This document shows, piece by piece, positions 44,926 to 60,000 of a stretch of DNA of 64,000 nt. Position 1 is the first letter of the stretch. Each line of letters begins with the position of its first letter. The notes below the pieces were generated by a model. It had not been told where the DNA came from, ran no database searches, and saw only the letters and a program-made list of their open reading frames with translations. The position numbers were made by a program, and so were the translations under genes. The DNA lies in the NCBI RefSeq assembly GCF_009914755.1, contig NC_060942.1; one strand, 5' to 3'. This stretch comes from the human T2T-CHM13v2.0 reference genome, Homo sapiens.

Positions 44926-47523
44926 AACAAAAAAGACCATTCCTTCCCCCGCTTCTCTCTCTCCCTCTAATGTATAATATGTGCATGTGTTCCTTTTCCA
45001 GGGGACCCATCGTTTCAGTCAATCTTAACGTTCTTAACATCCTTAATGTCCTTAAATGTTCAAGCTGGTTTTCTTGGTGACTCTTAATAAATTCCAATCT
45101 TGCTTTAGTCCATGTTTTTGTCATTGAAACTCCACTTCTCTTATGGAATGAAGTTTAGGTGTTGGTCTATATTTCACAGTACTTGGTTCTGAGAGACTTT
45201 CAGTTAATGGTGCTCTGAACGGAGTAGGGAACAGCTGAAATATGTGAGGACCTAATTTAATTGACAGTGATTTGAATCTCCAAAAACATCCTTTCATGCC
45301 TCAAACACAGACTTTACAAAATAGATCGTAAGTGCTAAGTCAAGTCACGTAGATTGATTTCAAGTTAAGTCAGCTAGACTCTGTGCTGCTCACTAGGGGG
45401 AAGGCACAACATTCCATGCCCCGTACAGTGCCTGGCACAAACTGGGCCTGAATCAATGTTTATTCCAAGCATGAATATGAAGGGCTAAGAGATGGTCCTT
45501 GTCCCTTAGGAAAAATAGAGTTTACGAAGAGCGTTCATATAGATTAATCCCATAATCATAATAGAGGGCAGACTAAGTGAAGTGCCATCAGAGAGATACA
45601 GGCAACATAGAGAGGAGCAAACAGATGAATGCTGAAATGAGAGTCCATGCATGGCTTTTAGGAAGAGGACTTAATTGGACTTTTAAAGAATGGGTGGAAT
45701 ATACAAAGATATGAAGTGTTCATAAAAAGCTTTAAGACTGAATTATAAACTGAATTCCAGTGGAAATTTGGGAGCACTGGAACAATGCCTGGTATTGCTT
45801 TGTGTTGTTTCTTTTATTTTTTTCTCACTAGGGCAGAAGAGTTGCCTCTGGATAAGAGAAAAATGCAAGACTTTTTTCCCTATTCAACATCAGATGTAAT
45901 ATCCTCTCTGACACTTACAGAAATAATAGAGTTGGGCACACACACCTGTAGGCTATGCAAAATTATTGTTTCTGTGGTTCATCCATCATCTACTAACCAG
46001 ACAGACAGGAGAAAGTCGAAAGCAATTGGTGTGAATTGCTTGTTGTTTTTAGGGAGAATACAAAGATAGTTAATTTTGTAAATTGACATCTTTTTCTTTA
46101 AAAACTTCAATAAAGAAAAAATGATAGCATGGCTTTTAGTCACTTGAATCCAGCCCAGAGGTAGTTAAAAGGACAGGCATTAACTTTTAGAGTATTCGAG
46201 CCCTTTGAAAATTCCTAAAAATCTGAGAACTCTTTTGAGAAAACAAAATTAAGTTTCAAAATTTTCACAACAGACTAGAATATTAATTCACAAAGTTAAT
46301 AAAATTAAACTTTGCAGATTTAAATAGAAGGCTTGCATTTAAGCTTAACACCCAATTCCACATAGCCTTGGCCAGTGTTGGTAGCTGTTTATTTGAAAGT
46401 GTTTAAGGGAGTTAATTGAGCCTCCATTTAACATGAGCCAACAGTAGAATGTTGTTGGGGGAAAAAAAAAATGCAGTTTTTAAAAAATGTAGCTTTTTTT
46501 AATATAAATGTGGTGCCTTGAACACAGAAAATAATCAAACCAATTTTTCTGTACTAACCACTTCATATCTAGAAAATCAGTTCAATTCTAGGCACTAAAA
46601 TCTCAGATCAACTTTAGCAGATGATATAATCTCCAGAGAGTGATCAAAATGAAAAATTTGTTTTGATCTAGAATTCATCTGATAGGAAACACAGATGAAG
46701 GATTAGAGGATGTCTTACCCAGAGCACAGAAAACCTGGAGGTATATGACTTTTGTAGAATTATGTTTATTGAGAAGCAAGGGTCCTTTCAAGAAATTGAG
46801 AGATTTGTCTGGAGACACAGAACTGAGGGGTGATAAGCTAAGATCAGAACCTCATTCTTCTAATGTCCTGGTCAATATGTTTTCCATCAGATTGCCAAGT
46901 ATGCTAGCTAATACATAAACAAATGCAGTTACTATTAAGACCAGGAAAAAAACAAAACAGAGATACTCACCATTATATGTAATTCTTGAAGTTCTAGCAT
47001 GGTCAACAGGACTTATTTTATCTGAGCCTAAATATTTAAAATGTGGAAATTTTCCTATGTTCATGTTTGCTATATGGTTCTTTGTTCTTCCCTCTATTTT
47101 TTTTTCAAAGTTTTAAAGAGACAAAGAAAATGTCTCACAATCAGGTAAGAACATGCATGCACAATAGTTGGGGTATTATATAAGAGAAGGTATTTATGGT
47201 TAAGGATAAAGTGATACCACATTTGAGAGGAAAGAAAAAAGAAATATAAAGAGCCCTTTGAGAGGGTGCAACCACCCCCACTGTGTGACCAACTGGCATG
47301 CTGTGAGACTCAACAGATGTAGCTTCAAACTTTTTGGCGTTAACTACATTTCTATCCAGCCTTCCATGTTGTCTCATCAGTGTGTTGGGACTTGATCCAT
47401 ATTACAACAAACAAAAGCCAAAGTTGAATGAAACAGAGGACGGCTAAATGCCCTCGTATTTCTCAGTTTACCAATGCTGCCATTCCCAATTCACTCCTTA
47501 CCAAAAGCCTAGGAAGCCACTAA

Positions 47524-47817
47524 TTTTTTTTTTTTTTGAGATAGAGTCTGGCTCTGTTGCCCAGGCTGGAGTACAGTGGCACAATCTTGGCTCACTGCAC
47601 CCTCCGCCTCCAGGGTTCAAGTGATTTATCTGCTTCAGCCTCCTGAGTAGCTGGGATTGCAGGCGTGCGCCACCACACCCGGCTACTTTTTGTATTTTTA
47701 GTAGAGATGGGGTTTCACCATGTTGGCCAGACTGGTCTCAAACTCCTGACCTCGTAATCCACCCACCTCAGCCTCCCAAAGTGCTGGGATTACAGGCGTG
47801 AGCCACCGTGCCCAGCT
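47524..47817 (-). mobile_element. AluS (Sg-like) full length
   Basis: T14 tail and both arms antisense, ending gagccaccgtgcccagc. Confidence 0.95.
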
Positions 47818-48589
47818 GACTATTTATAAGTGGCTGACAAATAGCATCTCCAGAAAATCCCCCAGACTTAAAACACTCCTCTGTTCATCCATGGTGGGCA
47901 ACCCCTTGTGATGAATATTCATGATGCACCTTACAGGGAGCTATAATCTCATCTTTTGCTGGTTCTCTTATTTCTGAGGTCTCTGTTTTGCCCAGTTTTT
48001 TCAGGACTGCCAAAATCTGGCTTGCCCTCCTTAGAAGTCCCTTGAGCAACCTAGCAATGTTTTTACTCAGCTTAGATTATCTCTGGAATGAGTCGCCACT
48101 GTCATTATCTGTCCAAAGTCCCAGGTGGTTTGTCTAACCCGTGGGCCCATGAAATAACTGGCGTTATTTCCTTATGGTCAGAGAAGCCTATAGACCAGGA
48201 CCTGTGAATTGCCTAATCAAATAAAGAATGTCAGCATTAAATCCCATTCAAGGAGCTCTCCATGGATAGGGCACCCCTCACTGCCATGGAATTGCATGCA
48301 ACTCAATTAAAGGTGTTCTGGGGAATATAAAGATGAATGCTCTCCAGGATTTGGGCTCTAGGAGTTGACAGTCTGAAACAATCTAGCAGGAAATATTAAT
48401 CAAACATCTACTATGACACAGGAACTGTGTTCTTTGTTTTGAAGGGTATGAAAAAGGACAACACATGCTGTCTTCAAGAAGCTTTAATGCTTCCTAGGCC
48501 ATAGAAAGTTAAGATCTTTGAGGATTAAATACCAAGTGAGTGAATAAACTCTCGAGGAGTTTTTTGAAAAAGAAAGGACAACTTTAAAG

Positions 48590-49932
48590 CAGTGGGCTCC
48601 AGATTTTTGATCATGCAGTGATATTAGTAACATAATTTTGAACAGTCATACCATTTAAATACATACTAAAAATATGTGCCCTCTTTTTCTTAAATACAAA
48701 CTTTAACAGGATGAGATAAACTTGAAATACATTATATTCTTAAAATTATTTTAAATTTCATTTTACCTATTATTAATGAAACAAAAATATTTTTGTTGCT
48801 ATCAAAATGTTATACTGATTTAAATATTTTTAATAGTTTTTTAAGGAGAGCCAAGCAATTGAGTTTGTATACTTGTTTTTGAAAATCTTGGTTTTTTTTT
48901 AAGCACTTGTGATAAGTAATTTAAAGTTCTCTTTCTGAATTCAGTTTGTTTCAATACTTGTTGTAGGATAAAGAATATTTCACATACACGTAGATTCAAA
49001 AGAATAAAGTACATTGTTGACTGTGCTTAAATCAGTACTATTTTTTTCCAATCTCATCTATCAGTTAAACAAGATTTTTGTTGAAACTTGGCAAACCATC
49101 CTCTTTATTAACAATTAGATGGTCCATTTTTTTTAGTCCAACTCTTCATTCGAAAGTAGTTCTGTTTGCAAGGTATTCAAATTTGCAGATTAAAGGGATT
49201 TTATAGGTTATATTATTTTCAGCAACAAAATTGCCAAATGGTGGAAACATTTGCAATAAATTTCTAAAACTGCTCTTTCTATAGCATGAGTTTCTTTCCA
49301 AAAGCAGTTACTTTCTGGCCCAGTTTACTGTAAAGGGACATTAAGTGTTTTGTTTTTTAACATCTGCAGGGTAACATTACTGACAGTCCATTGACAGCCT
49401 AGAAGAGTTAAGAAAATTTGGAACCCTTGTCTTTTTGTACAAGAAAATTGCCAAATTCATCTTTGAAAATGGCAACTCATGTATACAGTTTGGTGTGAAA
49501 TAACCAACAGAACTCTATGTGGTATATAAAGTATTGTATGGGTCTTCTTCATCTCATTACAAAGTATTTTGAAATGTTTTTCTGTTGAAAAGTCTTGCTT
49601 TTCTAAAATTACCGTGTGGGCTGGCCTGCTACAGATTTAAAATATGGGACACTGACAGCACCCTGAAAGCCAGTGAGATCCCCCATCAACCCCTTGAATG
49701 CACATGGCCTCTCCTCCTCCCAGGAATCTCATGCCCAAGTGTGACAGGTGACCTGTCATCTGATGGGCAGCGCAAGTAAGGGCATGGCTGGAGTTCCATT
49801 TATTAAGCATTAGAATTATTTAGGTAAAATATAAATAATGTAAATACAAATTATTAATGTGTTCTTTCTGCAGCTCAGTAAATTGTCTGGCTTCCTCTGG
49901 AGGGAATGTGCACCCCACTTGGGAAGCTGCTG
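48590..49932 (-). mobile_element. hAT-Charlie DNA transposon fossil with decayed transposase C-terminus
   Basis: CAGTGG start after ctttaaag and ccccacttgggaagctgctg end before gtttaatt. Minus strand shows relics KVTAF..KLML, LQMFP, F-x-ST..CE and KY*NKLN. Confidence 0.65.
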
Positions 49933-52397
49933 GTTTAATTTAGAGAGGCAGAGAGGAGGTGAACAGTGTGGGCAAGGTGGCAGGGGCAGGAGAGCACTAG
50001 GCCGATTTCTAAATCCAACACCCTTCCTGAGAAGATTAGAGAGCTGCCCTGGGGCACTAACTGTTTGGTGGCCTAGCCCACTTCAGAGCTCACACACATA
50101 AACATGCTCACACTTAACATACCCCACTGCTTCACCTCTCCATCAGCCAGTCTGCCCACCTCTCCTACCTTGTCCCAAGAAAAAATGTGAAATAGGAGCA
50201 GAACACAGACCAGAGTCCTTCAAGCCACTGCAACTAAGATAAAAAGTTCTTTCACAATAAACCCCTAAGAATAAGTTGTTGTTTGAATAGTCAAGCAGTT
50301 ACTATGCTTTAAACAAGCTAGTCATGTTTTCAAAGAAACCCCAAAGTATGTTAAGATGATATTAAGAACAGAGTGAAAACACCATCATATGACAAATCCC
50401 CCACATCTGCTAACTCTTAATTCTAAATTACTGCTTTAAACTTAGCAGTTCTGTAGCACTTGTGTTGATAACAAGCAGCAACTCAGATGCCCCCTACCTT
50501 GCAGAGGCCTCACTAGCAGAGGCAACTTGCCATCTTTTTCAAAAGAGCTTTTAAGGCCAGGACTGTAGAAGGTTAATTTAAATTCTAAGGATGGAAGAAG
50601 AAAGTTTGCATGCCAAGGTAGGTTGCCTCATTCTCCCCATTAAAAATAAAAAGCAGCATTAGGAAAATAAGAGACCATTACCAAGGCAAGCAGAAGTACA
50701 AAGTAAGATAAATAAATAAAATGCAGGATTTACATTAGAGAACATGAGACAACTGAATGCCATTGAGCTTGTATTTGCTGATCACATAGTATGCACCAGA
50801 TCAGGTACTGCTGTATCAATGGGCCTGTGCTGGGAACTCTGGAAGTAGAGAAAAAAAGATGTGGCCTTTGCCTTCAGAGAATCTTCTAACATGTATCAGC
50901 ACACAGAGCAATTCATACTGCAACTCTCCGCCTTGATTGAAGCACAAGATATTCCAGCTGTATCTGCCCTGAAATGCACCCCAACTCCAGGCAGTTCAGC
51001 CTTCCTCAACATCTTTCCACCTCCCCTTAGGAACATTCAAACAGCAAGAAAAATTCTAAGGAATCTAGAAGTAAATTTGCCTCCCTCCACAATCCACCCA
51101 AAGCTTTCTTGTAAAATAGAATGTGTCTTGTACATGGGCAAAGTACAGTCCACAAACATGAGTGTCTATTTCTTGAGAATCTTCTATATAACTAAGCCTT
51201 GTTAGCCTTTGGCTCAGGGGGCCTACTGTATGTACAAATTCTGCATCCAAAAAGCAGTGCTAAGTCCATTCTCTAGTTACCATAAACGACTTGACAAAAT
51301 CAACAGAATGCTGATGAGCCAATCTTCTGATAATGGGAGTGAAAAGATAGAATGTCTAGATCTGGACCAAAACCAGCTCAACCATTTGCATGGCAATTTC
51401 AAATATAGATAGGGTCTGAAAGAAAATTTGTATTGCCGAGTTATGAAGAAATGAATTTGCATTTTGCCTGGGCCACTCAATAATTATTCTTTAAAACTAA
51501 CAAAGAGCAGGCAAGATATAGGACAATTGTAGGAAGGAGAGCAAATATGGAATCAATCTTGCAGCAAGAGCCCAGAAATGACTGTCCAATAATGAAACAA
51601 TTTGAAGAGAGAAAAATCTGTAAACATTTAGAGGGACAGTGAAATCATAAGCAATAAGGGGAAAGATTTGTGAATATCAAACCCTGCCAAGTCTGAAGTT
51701 CTCCTCCCCCCACACTAAGATTTTAGAATTATTCGATTAAGTAAATGTTTTAGAAAGCCACCCCACATTTGGGGATGCAATTAATAATGAGTATAGAAAA
51801 GAATTACGGCAAACTAAATATAGAAGGGAACTTCCAAGAGCATCTGGTTCAGCCATCCAATGTAACAGATGAAGAAACAGAGATGGAGGGGTTAAGGGGT
51901 TTATCTCAGTTCACCTTGTTTTCCAGCTTCTTCTACACGGAATCATTTCTACTGTACCATACTCTGCTATTATTCACACAGAGGAATGACAAATCTGAAC
52001 TGAAAGTTTGGATAACAAGCATAAAGGAGAAATAAATGAAATTCAGATGTTTGGTAGATGTGAAAAACCCTAAAGATTATAATGTGCAAAAGAACGAGGG
52101 ATACTAAGTCCTAATGCCTGATGCCATCAATGGAGATTGGCTCATGGCATATATTTATTTATGCAGTTGGTGAAAGCATAAAACACAGAGAACTCATTCA
52201 TGTTTCTGTGCCATTAAAACAGGAGGGCAGCTACAAGCTAAGCCTTCTAGGGAGATGGTGGATGCATGACCTTCACGGGGAACATCTCCTCTTATCCTTC
52301 AAAAAATATTTAGGTGAAATAAAGCCCCAAGAGGGTGAAAATTAGAGCACTGTCCAGCCCTAAGATTTTAGGATGTTTTATTGCCACTTATTTATAA

Positions 52398-52935
52398 TTT
52401 TTTTAACATTGTGTTATCAAAAATGTCAGACATATACCAAAGTAGACAGAATAGCATTAATAAACCTCATGTACCCATCAATATCAACTTCAGCTTCAAC
52501 AATATCAACTTACAGTCAATCTTGTTTCATCAATACTTCCACTTACCTCCTCCCTTCCTTAGTATTTTAAAGTGAATCCCAGATGATAGTATGTGATTTC
52601 ATCTATTAATATTTTAGTATGCATTTCTAAAAGATAGGTACTCAAAAAGCATAATCACAATGCAAATATCACACCTACGGAAATTAATAGTAGTTACATA
52701 ATATCATGAAATGCCCATTGTTCAAATTTCCATTTATTTCATGATCTCTTTTAACAGTTTGTTCCAATTGTCATCCAAATAAGGTCCTTTATCTCTTTAG
52801 TCTCTTTTGATGCACAGTTTCATCTTCTCCCTGCCCTGCGATTTATTTGTGGAAGACACCAGGTTGTTTGTCTAGAGTCTCCCACAGTCCACAATTTACT
52901 GAATGAATCCCTGTGTGTCTTCTGTCCTCTGTAGT
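52398..52935 (-). mobile_element. Old L1MC-type 3' fragment
   Basis: aaagtagacagaatag..taataaacctcatgtacccatca...cagcttcaacaat..tcaact...aatcttgtttcatc...cataatcacaatgc. Confidence 0.7.
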
Positions 52936-52956
52936 TCAAGGTAGTTAGTTCTAGAT

Positions 52957-53155
52957 CTGTGCTGCCCCATAGGGTAGCCACTAGCCACACTGTAGCTATT
53001 TAAATGAAAATTAGGTGATATTAAAATTCAGTTTCTCAGTCACACCAGCCACATTTCAAGTGCTCAGTAGCCACAAGTGGCTAGTGGCTCTATGGGGCAG
53101 CACACACATAGAGAACATTTTCGCCATCTTAGAAAACTCTGTTGGACAGCCCTAC
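52957..53155. mobile_element. MER3-like non-autonomous hAT element
   Basis: gtagccactagccaca...aaaattcagtttctcagtcacaccagccacatttcaagtgctcagtagccacaagtggctagtggct, with tctag on both flanks. Confidence 0.8.
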
Positions 53156-53394
53156 TCTAGTGGCTTAATAAAACTCTATGAGGTTGCCTTGGGGGGAAGT
53201 AGATGTTGAGTAGTAGGTGAGTCATCCACCAAATCTTTGACTCACAGTTGATCTCCTACACAGCAGTCACTTTAAACCTCCACAACTGGACTCTGAAGAT
53301 AAAATAAAAGTTCAAGATGTACGTGTGTTTTTAAAGTTATGTAAGTAGTATACTTAAACATGTTTTTGTGATTTCCTTTTCTACCCAACTCTTT

Positions 53395-53760
53395 AAATGA
53401 GATTTAACCATGTTGATATATTTATGTGTAGTTTATTCATTTTAATGGATGTATAATATTGCATTATTTTATGTAACACAGTTGATTAATTAGATTGTTC
53501 TCAGTTTTCTGTATCATACACTGAGCTTCAAGGAACATCCTTATATGACTTTTGCCTCCTGATATATATGAGTAAAGCAGGCAAGCTTGACCTGAAATTG
53601 CTGGGACACTGAATGTGTACATCTTCAACTCTAACAGTTATTGCCCAATCACTCTCCAAAATGATTATAACAATTTACACTCCCACCAACAGTATGTGAG
53701 TGTTCCTAGTTTCTTACATCATTACCAATACTAGGTAGATTCAGATTTTTAATTTTTACC
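53395..53760 (-). mobile_element. Old L1M fragment
   Basis: gaaattgctggg...caatttacactcccaccaacagtatgtgagtgttcc...tttttaattttt resembles antisense ORF2 3' end. Confidence 0.65.
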
Positions 53761-56361
53761 AACATGAGCTCATATATATGCAACAAAAGGATTAAAACAA
53801 GCATAGAAAAAAGGGAAAGGAATGGAGAAGGGAGCCATGACTTAGCTCCATCTGTAATGTTTTCTTATTAAAAAAAAAATGACAAAAAGTTAACATTTGC
53901 TAAATGTGAATGGTGGGCACAAAAGAGTTGGTTATGTCATTTTTTAGGATTGTTTGGTAGATTTACACTATCAGAATTAATTTTTATTTCATAATCCTTT
54001 TTTAATGCAAAGACTTAATAAATTATTCAGCACATGTTTTTGAATATGGATTTATCTGCTATCTGCTAGGTTTCTGTTTATTTATTTTGGTTTGGAGATT
54101 TTGTTTTTGGGGTTTGTTTACTTATTTATTTTGGCATTTCATTTTAAAAAGACAACACATAGAGTGACAATCCATTGGTTATATTTTCCCCAAATGACCT
54201 GCAGCTCATGGAGTATTTCCATCAAGCTTAACTCGGTCAAATACAGTATTGCCAACTAATTGATTTACTTTATACTTCTATATTACATGTCAGCAAGGTG
54301 ATTTACTTTATTCTTTCATGCTATTTTATATAATATATCACATAGCATTTGCTTCCTCTATGACTGATATAAACTAAAGAGAGGGCAAACTGTAAATGAA
54401 AGCTTTGCTTGGAATACTGTCAAGTTTTGTGGAGTATTACTACTGACTAGTTGCCATTGATTCCTGAACTATGTGGACAAGGTAAATTATCTGTCACTGA
54501 CATGAAGGTGGGCTAAGTTTTAGTATCACTATATTTGCAATGATCACTTTAAAAATCCAAACTAGAACTCTTCTAGGGAATACGACTACAAGGCCTGATT
54601 AGACTGATTTGTCAGTCCAGAAACAATTCTTAAATCTCTTTTATATACAAGGCACCCTGCTAGGCCCTTTGAGGGACATAAAGACAGACAGGCATTGGTT
54701 CTTGCCTCTGATAACTTACAACCAGGCAACCTTTTTCTTTTACAAAACTAACTACAAAAATTTTATTTTTGTAGTCAGAAGCTCACTCTGGCTTTGTTCT
54801 ATTTTGATCTTTATAACTTATTTTAAAGATCATTCAGTAGTTATTCATTGCTCGGTCAGTCTCACTGACCTTTGGCCAAAAGCTGTAACATTTTGACCTG
54901 GCCTGTGGGACTCAGCTCTTTCCACTCCATGAAGCTGGGGGTGTAAATAACTTCAAATAAAACCCTCCTGGCAATCTGTGCTGGGCACAGCATGAGAGAG
55001 AAATGGGACAAAGCAGAGGAAAGAATCAAGTGGGAGTACCCACAATAAGTGAGAATGGTATCCATGTTTTAAGCGTCTTTTTTCCTCCTCTCTCTTAAGA
55101 TATTTATTCTGCTTCTCTATTAGTAGGTACAAAAGTAATAATGGGAGGAAACAACAAACCAAAATGATAAAATGCAACACACTTCCCTCTATGCGTAGGT
55201 CTTCCACATGGGCTCCTTTCGGGTTGAACATGCAGCGTAAATCATAGCGGCAAAGAACTCAGTGAAGACACACTTCTTATGTTTATAAACAGCCAGGGGG
55301 AGTGGCCACCTTGAAGGTGGAGCCATGGAGTCTGTGTGAGTGTATGTGCCCATTTGTGTGTGTGTGTGTGCATGTGCACACAGGTATCACACATGTGCCT
55401 GCTCATGACCAACACAAGGAGAAAGAATGATCTGCAGGAGGAATGGTTGGCTATATCTTGAAGCCATTCACGCTTTATGGTGTCTGAACTTCAAAACTAA
55501 GCAGTTCTGAAGGCCATTTAGTGGCAGCAGCACAGGACTTCCTGAGACAAGAAGTTCGGCTCATAAAATAGAGGTGCAGCTGGCCAACAGGACATGAAAA
55601 GAGCTCTTTGCAAACGCCAGCCTGGTAGGGGTAGTGTAAATGATTCAGAAACACCTGGCTGATACTTCCCTTGAGGTTCCCAGAGGATGAACTGGTTATG
55701 AAGGACCTGGTTAACTGAATGCCATCAGGGAACTTGACTAGTCCAGAACACTGGGGGAAAAGCACAGCGAGATGATGCCATGATAACTAGAGTGCTCCAG
55801 GAAATAAGCCTCCTTGTGTCAGTGGAGAAGGGTTAGGAATAAAATGGTTCAGTTACATATTCTTATCCTTGATCAGGCCAAGGCATCTCTTCTATGAGAT
55901 CGATAGTACATCTGCTTGATATGGAGGCCCACGTGCCTTTTTATTCATCTAACACCTACAAAAAGAGAAAGTCTAATCCTTTGCTAAATTGAATCGGATC
56001 AAATGTCAAAAAGGTGAATACAAAATTACCTATATAATAAGAGAAATAATGGGAAGATTTATATTGTGATTCTGCCATTGAGTCCCACGGCTCTAGGCCA
56101 GTTTACCTCCACAGTATGAGCCTCAGTTTCCACATCTTTACAACGGAAGCAACAATATTTCACATAATTGTTGGGAGGACTGAAATCATGTCAATAGAAG
56201 TACTTTGCATGCACAGTGAATATTTGAGAAATGTTTGTTTTTATTTTAATAAAGAAAAAGGAATAATGCATCTTGGGCACGGAGACATACCCATAGCATT
56301 AATTCTCTATAATCTTTATAGCCAAGTAGAATGCTAGCTGTCAGTGAAGAGGCTGAGTTGA

Positions 56362-57030
<669 letters not shown>

Positions 57031-60000
57031 GGCGGGTCTGGGCGTCTGCACCTGGGGCCTAGGGAACTGACACGTGGGAAGCGCAGTGAGCCGGGGCGGG
57101 GGCGGAATCCCCCGCTGCAGGGACACCCACGCCCTTCTCTCCAGAAGCCGGGCAGGCAGAATCCGGCCAGACGACGGGGCTGAGCCATCAGGAGCTCTTG
57201 GGAAAGCAAAGCAGGGAGACACCTTCAGAAGAAGCTTGTCTGAGCTTCACCGCAGCTCCCACCACGCGGCGCTTCAGTACGGCTGGATCCTCCGCAGGCG
57301 AGCGGAAGGCCCCCAGGAGGAGCAGGCTGGTGGCACTCTCCTGACCTCACGCTGCCAAGGTGCGCCCTCGACTCCCGATTTCATTTGCTGGCCAGGAAAA
57401 TCGAAAGGGAAACACCCTCAATTAGGAAACATTCCAAGGGGAGAAAAGCTGCAAATTGCTCAACTGGCATTGCTGTAACCCGTTCCATTTAATTGGTTTT
57501 TATTTCTTTTGATTTTCAAGCTCTGCTAAGCTTTGGGGTACCAACGTCATCTTCAGGTGACCTGAATCTTTCCCTTAACCGTACAGTTTCTCGATGGAAT
57601 TGTGTGATCAGAAGGTGGAATTCTAGTGATAGGCGACCTCAGACCCGCATTCATGTTCTGTGTGCCTCTTCTATTGCACATACACTGATTTTTAGCATTG
57701 TCTATTCCTATTTTTCCTTTGCCCATTGTACTTCCATATATCTTTTCATTAACTTACTTGCTGCCTTTTTTTTTTCTTGGTACACATTTAAATAAAGTAA
57801 TCCTTAACCTGTGCTGTAAAGTTCACCCTTGGCATGCTGTTCCAAGAACCTGGGTTTGAATCCCAATCGTTGTGAAACATACTCAGTATTGATAAAACCT
57901 TTTTAATAAGTGATGCAGAGCAGCCAAGGATATGTTGACCCAGATGTCAACCAGGCTATTTTTATACTTAAAACATGTCAGCAGAGCATAGGCAGAATAA
58001 AATGGTTTAAATACCCCACAGCAAATAGAGTAACTGACAAACCACCAAAAACTGAAACCCCAGACCCACCAGAAAGACAAGTGTCTAGCAATGCCTTGGT
58101 ACCTGATCTTTTTCATTCAAATAATTGTCATAGGTTGTTCAAAAAAAAAAAAAAAAAGGAAACAAAAACACAATAGAAGTCCATTATCCCTTGATAATTA
58201 TTTCTTAAAAGCAAATGGGAGTAAGTGTTCTTATCTGGAAAAATAAATAAATAAAATGCTCAAAGGGTATCACCACTTCAATTTTATCAAGCCACCTTGG
58301 ACAAAGTATCCAAATTGTGGTTGCCTTAATAAACTAAAACATTATTGTACATAATGTAATTATAAATCTATCAGTCTGCATGGATGCAAACTGTGTGTGA
58401 CAAATCGTCTTTTAAATGGTCAATTTCAGCTGTACATTTCTCATCCAAGTTGTACTCTAGCCATTGGTTTAGCGTGGACAGATACTCCATCTCTATTATC
58501 CATTTCCACAGCCCAAATAAAATATGTTAAGCAGGCTCAGAATGAATATGAAGAATTCCATTTCCGTAGATGTTTTCTAAAAGTCAGATTGTGGAAATTT
58601 CAAATAAGTATTTTCAATTTCCTCCCTCACTCCCTCTTACCTTCCCCAAGACATCAAACACCTGGCATGGTAGATTATAGAAAGAGACACTGAGAGAGAG
58701 AATTAAATTTTCTAATGGGAATTAGAATATCTGGTTTACCTCCAAATTAAGTTTCTTTACAGGAAGTTGGGACCAGCTGGAAATTGTATTATCATTTCGG
58801 AACACAATATTACTTCCTTAGAGAGAGATGGATTTTTGTTGGCAACATAAAAGAATAAGTGATGGGGTATCTATGTGAGTAAATTTTTAAATTCCAAGTT
58901 AATATGCTTGCAAACATTACTGCTGCGTTATGGCACCAAGAGTTGGTTGAAATTACCCACGTAGTCATACTCCTGTGCTCTGTCACCATGGACTTCACAT
59001 CATTTGCTGCCCACTAGTTCAATCGCATTTAATCCTAGCAATATGTAAGTTTAAAGGACTGCATTCCCCTCTACTTTAAAGCTTATATCCTAGATACTCA
59101 GTTTGTGACCTTGGTTGACCTTTGGCATTTCACGCAAGTTGAACAGCAAAATCAAAGCAGCCATTTTTAATTCGTCATTCCCAAGCCCTATCTGAGTGGT
59201 TCCAAAGTCACCTGAGAGGAAGGTTTAAATTAGTCCCTCTCACCCCACCATTGCTATAAAACAGCAACGTTTTCATTCCAATTCAGCCATAAAGAGGTTT
59301 CTCTTCTTACTGGGTTTTGAAATCATTTCCTTTTTTCTTTCGTTTGCCCTTCTTCCTTCCTGTGTTGTACTATCTCTCCAACCACGTCTATAAGCAGACT
59401 CAATCTTCTTGCAGAGGAAGATGAGCTGGCACTCTGCAAACTTCTTTAATAAGGACCCAAAGTTTACTTGACATTAACCTCTAGTAGGTGAGAAATTCCA
59501 AAAAAGCTTTGGGGTACATTAGAATTTCCAAAGCTCTGAAAGATATTTCAGGAGATTTAACAGCAGAGTTGCAACTTACACGTGAATTCTGGTCTATAGT
59601 GGTCATGTGAGTTAAATTCGAATCCTCTACTTGTATGACCCTAGGAATAGATTGGAATACTGCAGAGGACCAAAGCTGAGGCATGCTAAACAGCTGCTTG
59701 GAGGTGGAAGCAAGTTCAGTCACCTACTCAGCTTCCTCTCTCCACCACCCAGTTCCTCCCTCAGTATCACATTATTTTTTTCTTCTGCTTTTCATTAACC
59801 TAACTCATCTCATCAGTACAACCATTTTCTTATTCTCTAACTACCCCCAATTCCTTTAGCCTCTCCCCACCTGTCCAAACTCAGCTCAGCCGTGGGCCAA
59901 TGCAGCTTACAGACGGTTGCAGAGCTAGGAAGAAAACCCAGCTCTCCCAACCCTGATCGTGGAGGTCTCTGGCCCCCCAACACTGCCTTCTGGGGGCTGC

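Noticed and set aside
55290-55303. CTCF-like motif CAGCCAGGGGGAGT
   Set aside because: Two mismatches at informative positions; cannot be supported without ChIP data.
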